64,000 nucleotides of DNA from the human T2T-CHM13v2.0 reference genome, Homo sapiens, in the NCBI RefSeq assembly GCF_009914755.1, contig NC_060928.1; one strand, given 5' to 3'. Below, piece after piece: positions 27,051-40,697 of the stretch. The position numbers and the translations under genes were made by a program. The notes beneath the pieces are model-generated. The model searched no databases. It had not been told where the DNA came from and saw only the letters and a list, made by a program, of their open reading frames with translations. Positions within the stretch are counted from its first letter, which is position 1. Each line of letters opens with the position of its first letter.

Positions 27051-29699
27051 CTGTTTTTTTTTTTTTTAATTTTTTTGTTCTGAAGGTCCATTGGCATAAA
27101 TCTGTTTTATTCAAGTAATTGTGAATAATAATGGTATTCTTCAAAAAAATAATTTATTAAGCAACACATATGTGGATATCTTTACACTATTTCCAAGGAA
27201 GAAATTATAGTTCAAAGATATCCTGACTCTAAATAGTTTACTTAGATTAATATAAAACAAAAAGAAGTTTCAAAAAGAAGGCTCCAAAGTCAAGGGAGTT
27301 TCCAAATTCTGCTGAGAAGAACACTGGGAAAAGTTTTATGGTGGGGGTACCTAAGTGCAGTCTTGAGCTGAAAACCATATTGTCAAACGTTTTCAGTTGA
27401 TCTCTTTCATCATCATTAGTTTCTACATGAGGTTTAGTAATCCATCCTGAGTGCTTTGTTCTCATCTTGACGGATAATCTTTTCCCAATCTACTTTGCAT
27501 GATGAGTATACAATGGCTGTTATGGTTTTGAAATATTCTTTGTTTACATTTACATTTGTTAAAGTAGACATGAGATTTCATATCTACTTATGTCCTTACA
27601 TGTTTAAATATTGTGATGCCTACTAATATGAATCCTATTTATCACTATTCAAAGCCTTCAACTTCTTGAACATGTGATAATATTTGTTTAAAAGGGCTGT
27701 ATCTATATCTAATTTATATCTTTGTCTATCTACATTTTTATGTATAGATCAATTTAAATATAGCAGGCATATTTATATAAATATATAAAACACATATAGT
27801 ATATTTACATAAATATAAATGCCATAAATTTATAAAACAGAGAAAGAAAAATAGGAAAGGAGAAAGGGAGACATCAAAAGCCTACAATCTTGTCCTTTAA
27901 AAAGTACCCATTTCTGGAGTTCAGAAAGCAATTACCATGAAGAACAGTGTGCCAGGCCAGCAAATTCTGTGCAGCGTGTGGTGAGGTAGATGGAAACATC
28001 TGGAGAACTCTTTTTACCTAGGTTCAAAACAAGCCAGGGCTTAGAACCAAAGCAGACTGAATGGTTCAATTTTTGTTGGCTTCTCAGCTCACAAACTAAA
28101 ATAAACACGAATCCTATCGCTCTAGCAGGAAAGAAAGATAATAAAAATCTACAGATAAAAGTTAAACAAAAGATCAAGAGAATCCTATGGCTAGAGAGCA
28201 GCTCCATGGCTAGTGCCTTTCTTCTGAGCATTCTCACGAGGCATCTCCTGAGCAGAAGTGCAGTCTAGCTGTTCATCTGAGTGTCCCAGCCGCATGGGAC
28301 AGAGCATGGTCAGAGGAGGGGGGCGGGGGGGAAGTGACAAAGACAGAGAGGTGAATGTGCTTTCATGAAGTGGCTGTAGTCTAAGACCCTGGTTATGTCT
28401 TCAGACCTTAGAGAATATGAAGTTCCAATAATAACCATCATTCCATAGGCTCTGAATCCTAATCTGAATCCTTGAACTTGACAGATAAAGAGCAGTCTTC
28501 CTCCATGAAGGTAAAATGAAGGAGGCAACGGAACAAGGTGGTGAAACTGTCCCGTTTTACTGGGGCCTGATGTTGACAAAATAATTGAAAAAATATTACT
28601 ATATAATAGAGTCCCAAATTATACAATAAAAATACTGGTGAGAGGATGGATGTTACATCTTCAAAGGGAAAAGCCTCAAAGGAAATAGAGAATGAAATTT
28701 AAACACCATAATCTTTTGTTTAGTTCTTAGGCAAAGAAATTTACACTGTAAATAAAAACAAATATATTCTATATCTTTCTCATGTTACAGAAATTTTATA
28801 ATAGGAAACAGCATATCTTTCAACATCAACAGAGTATATGCTTTAGTTAGGCTGAAGAAAACAATTACTTCACAAATGAGTCTGCTAAACTGCAAACTTC
28901 CAAAAAGCATTTGGCTTTGTACAGAGAAAAATTATGGGTTTTGAAATGAGGTAGGAGGAAAGTGAGCACTGGAGGACCCCCTCTTAGGCCCCCTTGCTTT
29001 GTCTTTTATGCTCTGTGACCTGCTCCTTCTTTCTGAATAGGGTTTTCTTGTTACTGGAATGTCAAGCTCTTAAGTTAGATTTTGATCCTAGAGAAAATCT
29101 GTAGACAACACATTATGAAACGTCTTCAAATAACTGTGGCTTTAACCCATATATGCTAATACAAATTAACAACCAGAAACAAATGATTTATTATCTTTGA
29201 TCTAATGTTTTTAGGCCTCAAACTTCTTTTTTTCAAACATTTGAGCAGGTTTTATCAACTATTTTGCACATTTGAAAACAATACTTCAGTAGATTTTGTC
29301 TGCATATATTTTATACACATATCTTTAATGTTTTATTCATTGTTGCTAAATATTATACTGGATCCATTTCTGATAAATTGTTGAGATTAAAATATGTAAT
29401 TTGTTTCCATAGCAAGGTAGACTAATAATGTTTCATTCACTTGAATAAGTATACATACCTCTTTAAATACATAATTTTATGATCAGAAATTGTACCATGG
29501 GTATTGGAATAATTTTTTAGTAATATATAACTAATACACTGAGATATAAATTTTTTTATCTTGCCTATAAGGTATATTATATAACAGAATATTTCATTAT
29601 AGTTTATATAAAATTAGTTTCTAGAACTCAGAATTTATTGGAAGATAAACGTAGGAGATTTTGTGATGTGTAAATATGCCAATTATATGCCTAACGTGG

Positions 29700-29980
29700 T
29701 TTTTTTTTTTTTTTTTGAGACAGGGTCTTGCTCTGTCACCGAGGCTGGAGGGGCAGTGGTGCAATCTCAGCTCACTGCAGCCTCTGCCTCCTGAGCTCAA
29801 GCAATCGTCTTACCTCAGCTTCCCAGGTAGCTGGGACTACAGGAACGTGCCACCACACCCAGCTAATTTTTCTATTTTTTGTAGAGATTGGGTTTTGTCA
29901 TGGTGTCCAGGCTTGTCTCGAACTCCTGAACTCATGCGATCCACCTGCTTTGGCTTCCCAAAGTGCTGGAATTACAGGCA
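29700..29980 (-). mobile_element. AluJ, 5'-truncated
   Basis: Poly-T then gagacagggtcttgctctgtcac..ctcaagcaatc..attacaggca. Confidence 0.9.
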
Positions 29981-30951
29981 CATATGTGATTTTTATGCAT
30001 GGTTTGTTCATATTCTAATGTAGTTCGAATTATTTTAGAATGCATTATATGTGACAATTGAGTTTTGCATATTATTTAAAAGAGTTCCATTCTATCTATA
30101 CTCAGCAAAGGTTGTTCAATAGTTGATAATATTTGAGGAAACAACTATTAAAAACCTCATATTTTATAAACAGTCTTTATTTCAAAATTTGTATGATATG
30201 GCTTAAATAAGAATTAGCATGGATTGATGGCCAGCTTTCAAATAAAACTGAAGATCAATTCATTTTAAGGTAATACCACTTCCTCTATTTAAGGTTGTTT
30301 TGTTTAGTTCCAAGATAATTCACTCCAATTCTGAATACTAATTTGAAGGTTTGAATGCATTGTCGTGACATATGATGAATTCAAAAGTGTGTTTGCTGCT
30401 TTGCTGAAACATAAGAAACAGCATATATAGCAATTATATTTAAAATGCACAGCTTATGTTGGACTCTGTGACAACCAAGTGACAATGATAGATCCAAATG
30501 CAATCCCGACTTAGAACGTCAATTAGGAAAATGGCAAAGGCCTTTCTAACATTATAAATTACTCTGTGGATGCCAGTAACAAAAGCTCTCACTACCAGTA
30601 ATTTTGCATGATTATGGTTTGGACAAAAGATAGTTGATGAGGGTAAAACCTTGTATTTATACAGCTAAAAATTATTTCTCACTAGATATATAACTGTGAG
30701 CATGATCTCAACAGCTTCTATGACTCTAAAATACACCTATGCCAAACAGATTTCAGATTTAAGTCACATTTTGCTATGTCTTTAAATGACAGCAATAGTA
30801 TTTTTTGAGATATTAATATTCCAGTTGCTAACACTCACATAGCAGGGCATTTCTATGAAAAGACATCTATGTATGTCTTGATTATTAGTTGCATCAGTTA
30901 CTGACTATGACAAGTGATCCATTTTCTGTTTATTGCAAGATTACTTGTCTG

Positions 30952-31082
30952 TTTGGAATGTCTTAGAATATATTGTCAGTACTATACTCTGTTAGCTTCA
31001 GACTTTCAGGAAAGACTTTTTGGAATGTCTTAGAATGTAGTGTCAGTACTACACTCTGTTAGCTTTAGACTTTCAGGAAAGA
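30952..31082. repeat. Two-copy tandem duplication, 67-bp period
   Basis: tttggaatgtcttagaat...gactttcaggaaaga at 30952-31015 and 31019-31082, with 4 mismatches. Confidence 0.93.
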
Positions 31083-31389
31083 ATGCACAGCTTACATTTT
31101 ACTTTTTGTGACAAACAAGTGGCAGTCCCTTATGACCGAATTTGTAAAGTACTTTATGTTACCTTTAAAATATGGTTCATTTCTGGATTTCTTATTACTT
31201 ATAGTGTGATATATTGTTTGCTGAAATGCGTTAAAATATCAAGCATCCCCCAAATAATTATACTTGTAAATCCTTTGCTATCTGATCTTTCTACCATTGG
31301 TTCTTGAGTCTGATGTTTACACATGAAAAAATTTAGGGATTAGTGAGAATTCAATACTTTCATTTTCTCTGGATTCATAAAATTTAAAG

Positions 31390-31520
31390 TTAAAAAACAT
31401 CTTAAAGGATAGGAAGTCTAAGCCCTTCATTTTACACCGGAGGAAACAACAACTCAGAAGTGAAGTGATTTCTTTGAGGATGGTAAATTGGAAACTTCAA
31501 CAATGTCACAAAAAGTCAAG
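31390..31520 (-). mobile_element. MIR fragment
   Basis: cccttcattttacaccggaggaaac..ctcagaagtgaagtgattt core. Confidence 0.5.
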
Positions 31521-32886
31521 ATCCACTAATAGACCAAATGCCTTTTTGGAAGATAGTTAACCTCATAAATAATTGCTTTTCCATCCCCTCTGAATATTTA
31601 GTACTTTGAGTCAACATCCATTCAGAAAAATAAAAACTACTATATTATAGATATTTCAAACAGAATAAAGTTTAACTCAGGGAATTGATTGTAAATGTGT
31701 TGGAAGGTCGTGAAAGGGCCACTATCGATGGGGGATATTGACAAATACAAAAAAAAAAAAAAAAAAAAAAAAAAAACCCTCGCTTTTTTCTTTCTTCCTT
31801 TCTTCCTCCAGTTGCTCCAATTAGGCAACCTTGAAAAAGCCAGATGACAATACCAAGAGATCCATAACAAATTATAAAGGTTGATTGCAAAGCTGACAGT
31901 AAAGCCAGAGATGAGATAGTTGAAAGAAGCACTTCTGCTTCCAGCAAAAGTAATGCATGTTCTGTGTTCTCACATATGGATGTGACAATGCCAAACAAAT
32001 AATATGACTTTGGATAAGGGGACTTTCTTCATTCAAGAGCAACTATCAGGAGGAGGGGCTTAGCTCTGGGCTTTCAACCATTACCATTATCAGTATCTGG
32101 GGGGATGAATGCTTTTGTCCTGAAGAAAAGGGATTTGGGTATGCATCACAGTGTCCAGTACTATGGTAGACCCTTCTATAAGCTGATTAAAAATTGGATT
32201 TTTAATCATATTGTTCCAGCTTTCGGTGAGCAAATGTTTTTAACCTCTTGCAAAATGGAACACATTCTCACTGAGATGATGCTAATGAAAATACTCACAT
32301 GTAGCTGTGCCCCTCTCCAGACTTAGTGCTTCCTGTCCCTCTTCCTTTGCTCCTTATTTTATGAATGTGGGTCTAAGTCATTGTTCAGTGGCCCCTATGG
32401 AAGTGTTACTTACTTCATCTCACTTATTTAAATATTGAGTAAATTTCTTTCTTTTCCTTCTGTGCACCTTCTTCACCCCACCCTAGCCAGGTGGGAGATT
32501 TTCTCTTCACTATCAGTGAAGGCTTCAAGATTTTCTTTGACGCCTTATGAATAAATAACTCTTGATGGCCAGAGTCAGCAACATTAGAATGTGCAAGTCG
32601 CTTAGGTGAGCTGGAGGAATGCATAACCTGGTTTTTTTCCATAGTTCCTCCAAATGAAGAATAAGGGTTTTCCCTATGTTCCTGACACCAAAAGAGAGAT
32701 TCAATATTGTCAGCAGATGGCATTGCATCCAGGGTCTTTGGGAGGGAAACGGTTCGTTCATCTATTCCATCCCCTCAACTCCTAACTCTTGTGACCAGGA
32801 TTACTCAAACTATAGCACCTTTACTGCTGGTTATTTCCTCACTGAGCAATAAATACAAAAATCACCTTAACAATGAAACATAACAT

Positions 32887-33891
32887 TGAGAGGTGACAAC
32901 GTGCTAGCAGCCCTCTCTCGCTCTCGTGCCTCCTAGGCCTCGCTGTCCGCTCTGGCAGTGCTCGAGGAGCCTTTCAGCCCACCTCTGCGCTGTGAGGGCC
33001 CCTCTCTGGGGCTGGCCGAGGCCGGAGCCGGCTCCCTCTGCTCACGGGGAGATGTGGCGCGGGGCGGGAGCTGGGGCTGCGTGTGCCGTGGGCGAGCGGG
33101 GGTTCCGGGTGGGCACAGGCTCGTCGGGAGGAGGGCACTGAGCACAGCCAGCTGGCGCCTGCTGGGCTTGGTCAGGGGACAAGCTCCCTGTGGGCTGCTG
33201 GAGGGCTAGGTGCCGCAAAGTCCTACAGTGAGTGCCATTGAGAGGTGAAGCCAGCTAGGCCTCTGGGTCAGGTGGGGACTTGGAGAACTTTCCAGTCTAG
33301 CTAAAGGTTTGTAAATGCACCAATCAGCGCTCTGTCAAAATGGACCAATCAACTCGCTGTAAAACGGACTAATCAGCTCTCTGTAAAATGGACCAATCGG
33401 CTCTCTGTACAATGGACCAATCAGCAGGATGTGGGTGGGGCCAGATAAGGGAATAAAAGCAGGCCACCAGCGCCAATAGCAGCAACCTCCTGGCTCCCTT
33501 TGCGTGGTGTGGAAGCTTTGTTCTTTTCACTTTTCGCAATAAATATTGCTGCTGGTCACTGGGTCTGCACCATCTTTATGAACTGTAGCACTCACCGCGG
33601 AGGTCTGCAGCTTCACTCCTGAGGCAAGTGAGACTGTGAACCCACTGGAAGGAACGAACAAATCCAGACCCGCCGAGTTTAAGAGCTGTAACACCCTGAA
33701 GGTCTGCAGCTGAACTCCTGAAGTCAGCGAGACCACAAACCCACCAGAAGGAAGAAACTCCAGACACATCTGAACATCTGAAGGAACAAACTCCAGACAC
33801 ACCATCTTTAAGAACTGTAATACTGACCGCGAGGGTCCGCGGCTTCATTCTTGAAGTTAGCGAGACCAAGAACCCACCAATTCCGGACACA
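32887..33891 (+). mobile_element. Solo LTR12 (ERV9 LTR, D/E-like)
   Basis: tgagaggtgacaacgtgctagcag...aacccaccaattccggacaca. GC-rich U3, tandem ccaatc repeats, gataagggaataaaagc promoter. TSD acat/acac. Confidence 0.95.
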
Positions 33892-33951
33892 ACACACCCA
33901 TCTCATTGTTGGTATATGTATTTTTCTTAATCTCTTAGATATGACTGAGAC

Positions 33952-34253
33952 TTTTTTTTTTTTTTTCTTTGAGACAGAGTTTTGCTCTTATTGTCCAGGC
34001 TGGAGTGTAATGGCACAGTTTCGGATCACTGCAGCCTCTGCCTCCCAAGTTCAAGCAATTCTCCTGACTCAGCCGCCCAAGTAGCTGGAATTAACAGGCA
34101 TGCACCACCACATTCGGCTAATTTTGTGTTTTTAGTAGAGACAGGGTTTCACCATGTAGGCCAGTCTGGTCTCAAACTCCTGACCACAGGTGATCCACCC
34201 ACCTCAGCCTCCCAAAGTGGTGGGATTACAGGTGTGAGCCACTGCATCTGGCC
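33952..34253 (-). mobile_element. AluS
   Basis: Full antisense Alu. TSD tatgactgagac at 33940-33951 and 34254-34265. Confidence 0.94.
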
Positions 34254-37200
34254 TATGACTGAGACCTTTTATGGCCTTGTAGCTTCCAGACATCATTGGG
34301 GACAAAGTTATTCACACTAAAATCAAAGTAGTCTTTGTGTTTGAAGGACCCCAAGCTTCCTAGCTTTCTCGTTGGAAGTGGAGAAGCTGCTGCACTGAGT
34401 TGATGGGATCTATTTGTCAGGAGCACAACCTCAGCAGCTCTCTTATATGAAATGATGTATCCAGTTGAAAACTTTCTGCTCAGTTTTGTTGTCTGAGAGC
34501 AGCCAATGCTGCCCTATGCTTTTGAGCCTCCAAAATAGCTCTATTAATACTAAGAATCTGAGGGGTCACTACTGTCTGTGACAGCATGGGCTGTTCTTCT
34601 AGATTTCTTCAGAAAGAGTTTTTATGCATCAATGTCAGCCTTGTGCTGCCTGCTCTGATTTCCCATACTCTGCCGTACTTTACCTTGTCGTATTGCTCCC
34701 TGTTTGTTTTTTTAAATCTCACAACTTAACATGCATGTGCAAGTCCTCTCTCTCTGATGCTGATATCTAGTAAGAAACTTGACATATAAGTCACTGGTAA
34801 CGTCCTCATTACTGAAAAGCCATTCAAGAGCTGTCAGCAACATTGACAGAGGCATTTGAGAATTTGAGAACATAGGTAATCCTAATGGCTAACCCTGAAA
34901 AAAATGTATTAAATGCCATTGCTTCTCTGTCTGCTGCCTGACACCTCTCATACAGTGGCACGTTCTCACCACAACTCAGTTTCTCTCATATCTGGCACAT
35001 TTCCTTCAATGTAGCGCATAGTTTCTGTCATCAGTTTCAAAATATTCTTAACTAACCATATAATCGTATTTTAGCAGATGAAAAAAACAGATCACAGAAT
35101 CAACCAAAGCACAGCTGTCTTTTGAATGAATACTGAAAAATCTTAAGAAATTTTGAGTTTTTCAAAGCAGAGTTGAAGGCCAATACCTAGTCTGTGACTT
35201 CTTAAGAGTTTTTTGGATACTCCCAAGTTAGCTGACAAATGCTTTGTGAAACATTGTATCATAAACAATGCATTCCTCTGGCTTCCACAGAACTAATATA
35301 GGAATTCAGAGTCATTTCCTTGACTTTCTTATGACATTCAGATTATATACAAAGGACCGTTGTTCAATTCAGAACCCTGAATTTGAGAGTTTGGCTGTCA
35401 CAGTGAAAGATGTGTCCTGGTTAGTGTGATCTAAAGCGAAATGCCACTAAGTGCTGCTCTGTTTTTATAAATAACCAGATATGACCGTCCACCCAAAGGC
35501 AGCTTTTATTTTTGTCTCATTCCAACTCTGAAGCACAACACAGATGTTCTTAAATTACTCTAAAATACAAATTTCTGCATAAGCCAATTACTGATCTACA
35601 TGGTTTTTAACAAAGTATGTCATAGGAAAAAATTAGGTAGTTTGCGTTGTGCAGCTCATAAAATTTTACTCCTAAGTGCACACGAATACACACAAACACA
35701 CTAAATGAGGCTTCTTTTAAAAACTTATATCAATGGTTTCAAGTCGCATAAACTTTCTTTCTTTCCCTCCACTTTCCATCAATTTTCCAGCCACTATAAT
35801 CGCTCTTTTTTTATGCAGAGCAATATAGCTTAATCTCAAGTTTACAATATTTTCTATCTACCATTTTTTGGAGCTCAGCCTCCCAGCCTCCAAGGAAACT
35901 TATGAAAGTACTGTGAAATACTTATTATTTCTTCATCTGTTATTAAAGGAGACTTATTAAAGTATTCAGCCAACATGTGTAATCTAACTCTGAGAGGTGG
36001 AGTGAGCTGGATTATTTTACTGATAATAAGATAAAAATAACGTTTTCTTGTAATATATCAAAAGGAAACAGCAAAAGACATTGTATGAACAGAAAGTTCC
36101 TGGCACAGAGAAAGTATCCTTTAGCAATAAAATTGTTTTAAAAACAACCTTCAAGAAATTGCAGACTTAAAAGATTAAAAACCTTTAATAGGTATATGTA
36201 GTAAGAGCTAAGATTAGAGAAGTCTGGAACAGTTATTTACATGTGAATAAAAAAGAGACAAGAAGAAGCAACAGTAGAAGCAATTCAACACAAAAACTAC
36301 TCTCATAACCACCTTCAGATCAGCATTTTATAGTTTATTGTGTACAGTTACATCTTTAATAACTGTACAGTAAAATAGACATAGTTCTCATTTCATGGGT
36401 AAGGATTTTCAACTTACTCTTATTGTAGTTTTACAGAGACACATATATTTTTATGGACCTGTGCAGAGACTAAATGGATTTCACCTGACTATTGTAGTCA
36501 TGATGTGGGATCTAAAATAGAAAAGCAGGTCAGCAGCATGCTGTATGAACTGATTCCTGAGCATGGTTTATTTATATGCATGGGTGCACCACCTGTTATA
36601 CAAACAAAAATGGTAATGCTTTTTACTCTCAGGACTACAGCTCCCCCCAATCATTCTTTCCCCCTCCATCCTATTAGCTTATTTGAAATAATTTGATAAA
36701 TAATTCAAACATAACTTGTTATCTGGTCTCTATGAGCTCAGCAGTTCTATAAGCAGAAACTTTTAAGAATAAAAAAGGCTACTAGAAATATATATATATA
36801 TTCGTCAAGATATATATAAAATATATATATGGATATATCAAGAAATAATAACCTGAACAGCCAACAAAAAGCTAGTAACTTTAGAAACTGTAGTAAACAG
36901 TATTATTCAATTATAAGCCAATTGGCTACTGAAATAGATTTTATACATTAATTAATATTAAATTTAAGAGATCTGTGATTTTACTGTTTTGACATATCCT
37001 AACCCTAATTATCTTTAACTTAAAAATAACACAAGGAAATGAAAACATGGGATGAATTTTCAAAGAAGTGTCAGAAACAAAGAAGAAATGAAGGGAATAG
37101 TGACCATGCCCTTGCCTTAGTTTGAGATATTAGGATTGATTTTAAGTGAGTGTGCAATTAGATTGGACAACCAGGAAGGTTTTGCCTAACTCAGTGAAAC

Positions 37201-37875
37201 TAATTTACCTTTTTACAAGCCAGCAATAAATTGTTTTCTTTTTATGATGCTCTCCACCGAAAGTGATTTTTAAAAATATGAGTAGTTTGCAGTTTTACTT
37301 TTGCTCTAAATACAAAGGCAGTATAGTACATATGATTCCTTATGATAACCACAATAACTTGAAAATTTGATACCTCGATTTATTTCATGTCTCTTTTCTT
37401 CTCAGTTTACATTTCTTTTGAATGCAGCTCTAGTTTGACTGATAAATAACCACGTTGTTTAACACTACTTTTAGGCAGTACTTTATCTCATTGCCTAATT
37501 CGTCATTTCTGTCTTTCATTGCAAAACTTGAAAATTTGTTCCTGATGTCACATAACAAAGGCTCATAACAAAAAAATGGAACACACACACACACGTATAT
37601 GTATATAAACTGCATATTATATAGCCAAACATTTAAGGTAACTAATTTAAGAAACTAGTTACCTTAAAGATTATGTCCATGTATGAGGAATTTGGATCAC
37701 ATCCATGAGAATACATTTTCATATGCTTTTTACTTATATATTAAGGAAACTAGCTATGTTGGTTTGTCCTTGATTGAATCCTGACAGCTTGCAAGCTATG
37801 TGTATTCTGCCATCACAGATATTTTTCTAAAACACAAAGGAACCATGTGCTTTGTTTATTTCCCAAATCCCAAGG

Positions 37876-38200
37876 GATAGAAACCCAAACTTTGCAGTGT
37901 ATCCACAAAAGAGGGAATCTCTGCTGTTTTCATAACACCGATATCAATTTTCACTTGCCTGGTAATAGCACCTTGATTTTTCTCCTGTTATTTGCGCCTT
38001 CTGTAATGTAGGCTGTCTTGTTGGGACTCAAGTCCTATGAGATAGAAAAGCAAACTTTATGGGGTAATTCCAAAGGAGGGAATCTGTACTTTTCATTGGG
38101 CCAACATTAATCCTCACTTCCATGGTAATGGTGCCTTGATTTTCCTTTCGTGATTATTCCTTCTACAAAGCTTGTAGCTTCCTTGGGCTAGGGAACTAGC
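37876..38200. repeat. Ancient two-copy tandem duplication, ~165-bp period
   Basis: gatagaaa..caaacttt..gagggaatct..tcactt..tggtaat..ccttgatttt..ccttct occurs from 37876 and again from 38041. Confidence 0.75.
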
Positions 38201-38460
38201 TTGGCCGTGTCACTAATACTAGTCAAATCATGCTTTACCTTCTGGGAATTTAAATTTTGAGGAAAATAACAGAAGAATGGAAAACAATTGGAGCTGTGGA
38301 ATCCACGCTCCTACCCTTTATCTCTGGTGAAATCTTTTCACCTTTTGTAATTTGTTTTTTTTTTAACTGAGAGATGAATGTGCTACTATAGGTTAATTCA
38401 GAGGGCTCTATTCACTGAGATTCTCCCTCGTCCATCTCCCCTTAAGCCCCTTTTTGAAAT

Positions 38461-39715
38461 ATTTTATTTTAGACTCAGAGGTACATGTGCATGTTTGTTA
38501 CATGGGTATATTGCATAATGTTGGGGATTGAGGCTTCTAGTGTACCCATTACCCAAATAGTGAACATTATACCTGACAGATAATTTTCTCACAGCCCTTC
38601 CACCTTTCCTACTTTTGGAGTTTCCAGTGTCTATTATTTTCATCTTTGTGGCTATGTGTACCTATTTCTTAGTTCCCACTTATAAGTGAGAAGATGTGGT
38701 ATTTGATTTTTCTGTTTCTGAGTTAGTTACTTGGAATAATGGCCTCCAGCTCCATCCATGTTGCTGCGAAGGACAAGTTTTCGTGTTTTTTTAATGGCTT
38801 CATGGTATTCCATGGTGTATATATACCACATTTTCTTTATCCAGTCAACTGTTAATGGACAATTAGGTTGATTCCATGATTTTGCTATTGTAAATAGTGC
38901 TGTGATAAACATACAAATGTAGATGTCTTTTTAATATAGCAATAACTTTTACTTTGTGTAGATATCCAGTAGTGGAATTGCTGGGTAAAATGGTAGCTCT
39001 GTTTTGAGTTCTTTGAGAAATCTCCATGCTGTTTTCCACAGAGGTTGTAGTAATTTATATTCCCATCAATGATGTCTAAATGTTCTCTTTTCCCCATATC
39101 AACACCAACATCTGTCATTAAAATGACCACACTTCCCAAAGCAATATACACATTCAGTGCAATATCTATCAAACTGCTCATGTCATTTTTCACAAAAGTA
39201 GAAAAAACAATCTTAAAATGCACATAAAACTAAAAAAAAGAGCCCGAATAGCCAAAGGCATTTTAAGCAAAAGGTAAAAAATTGGGAGACATCACATTGC
39301 CTGACTTCGAATTTTACTACAAGGCTGTAGTAACTAAATCAGCATGGTACTGGTATAAAAATAGACACACTGATCAGTAGAATTGAATGAGGAACCCAGA
39401 AATAAAGCCACATACCTACAACCAACTGATCTTTGACATAGCAAAAATGAACAACAGGAAAGGAAACCCTAGTCAATAAATGATGCTGGGAAAGTTGTCT
39501 TGCCATATTGCAGAAGAATAGAACTGGACCTCTACCTCTCACCATATACAAAATTTAGCTCAAGATGGAATAAAAATTTAAACAGAAGAGCCAAAACTAT
39601 AAAAATCCTAGAAGAAAATGTGGGATAAACTCTTTGGCACATGAATGTAAATTAAAACCACAATGAGATATAATCTCATGCCAGTCAGAATGGCTGCTAC
39701 TAAAAAGTCAAAAAA
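38461..39715 (-). mobile_element. Old L1 (L1PA15-17/L1PB-like) with a 5' inversion
   Basis: Antisense 3'UTR/ORF2 end at 38461-39114 is joined to sense ORF2 at 39115-39715. Imperfect TSD cccctttttgaaat / cctcttttgtaat. Confidence 0.85.
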
Positions 39716-40155
39716 CCTCTTTTGTAATTTTTTTTTATCTCCAGTTAAATCCTTTCACCTTTCAAAATTCTTTCTGGGGATTAGGTCCTCAGGTTTTACT
39801 TTGATTCTAAGAGATATAGGGAATGATTCCAATTAGTTTTGTTGTTGTTTTTCCTTCAGTAAGAGTCAGTTGCTGTTGATGGTAATCAAAGTCCCCTTAT
39901 TAATCCAAGGTTCATGATGGAAACTTTGCTTATGTCTCCTGCTCTATTCCTGACCACTTATAGTAAACTCTGGAGGTTCTTACTCATCCTATGTATTTTT
40001 ATTTGCTAATCATTTTGCTTGAGATGTCTTTCCTGGCTTCCTTTCTCTTTATGTGTCTGGCTACTTCTTATCTTTTTCTGTCAGGGTTATTTCCCTTGGA
40101 ACTCCTTACCCATAACCTTTACCTCATCCTCATGTTAGAAGAGATGGCTCTCCCC

Positions 40156-40493
<338 letters not shown>

Positions 40494-40697
40494 TTAGTCA
40501 TAGAAATGATACAATAAATAATTGCTTACTTCCTTATTAGTCTGTTCCCACTAGAAATAACTTGTTTCATGGAAAGTTCTGTGCCTAAATCTTTGTGCCT
40601 CAGGGCCTACCATATAATCTGCTTGTGGCAAATATAATGAAACGTGTAATGAATAATTAATGTATAGGTGAGTTCTTGATAATTTTAAAAAGCAACA

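Noticed and set aside
32708-32724. CTCF-like tcagcagatggcat
   Set aside because: A partial motif match only, which cannot be supported without ChIP data.
33300-33430. Short regularly spaced ccaatc repeats resembling an array
   Set aside because: Normal LTR12 U3 NF-Y repeats, not CRISPR or a novel array.
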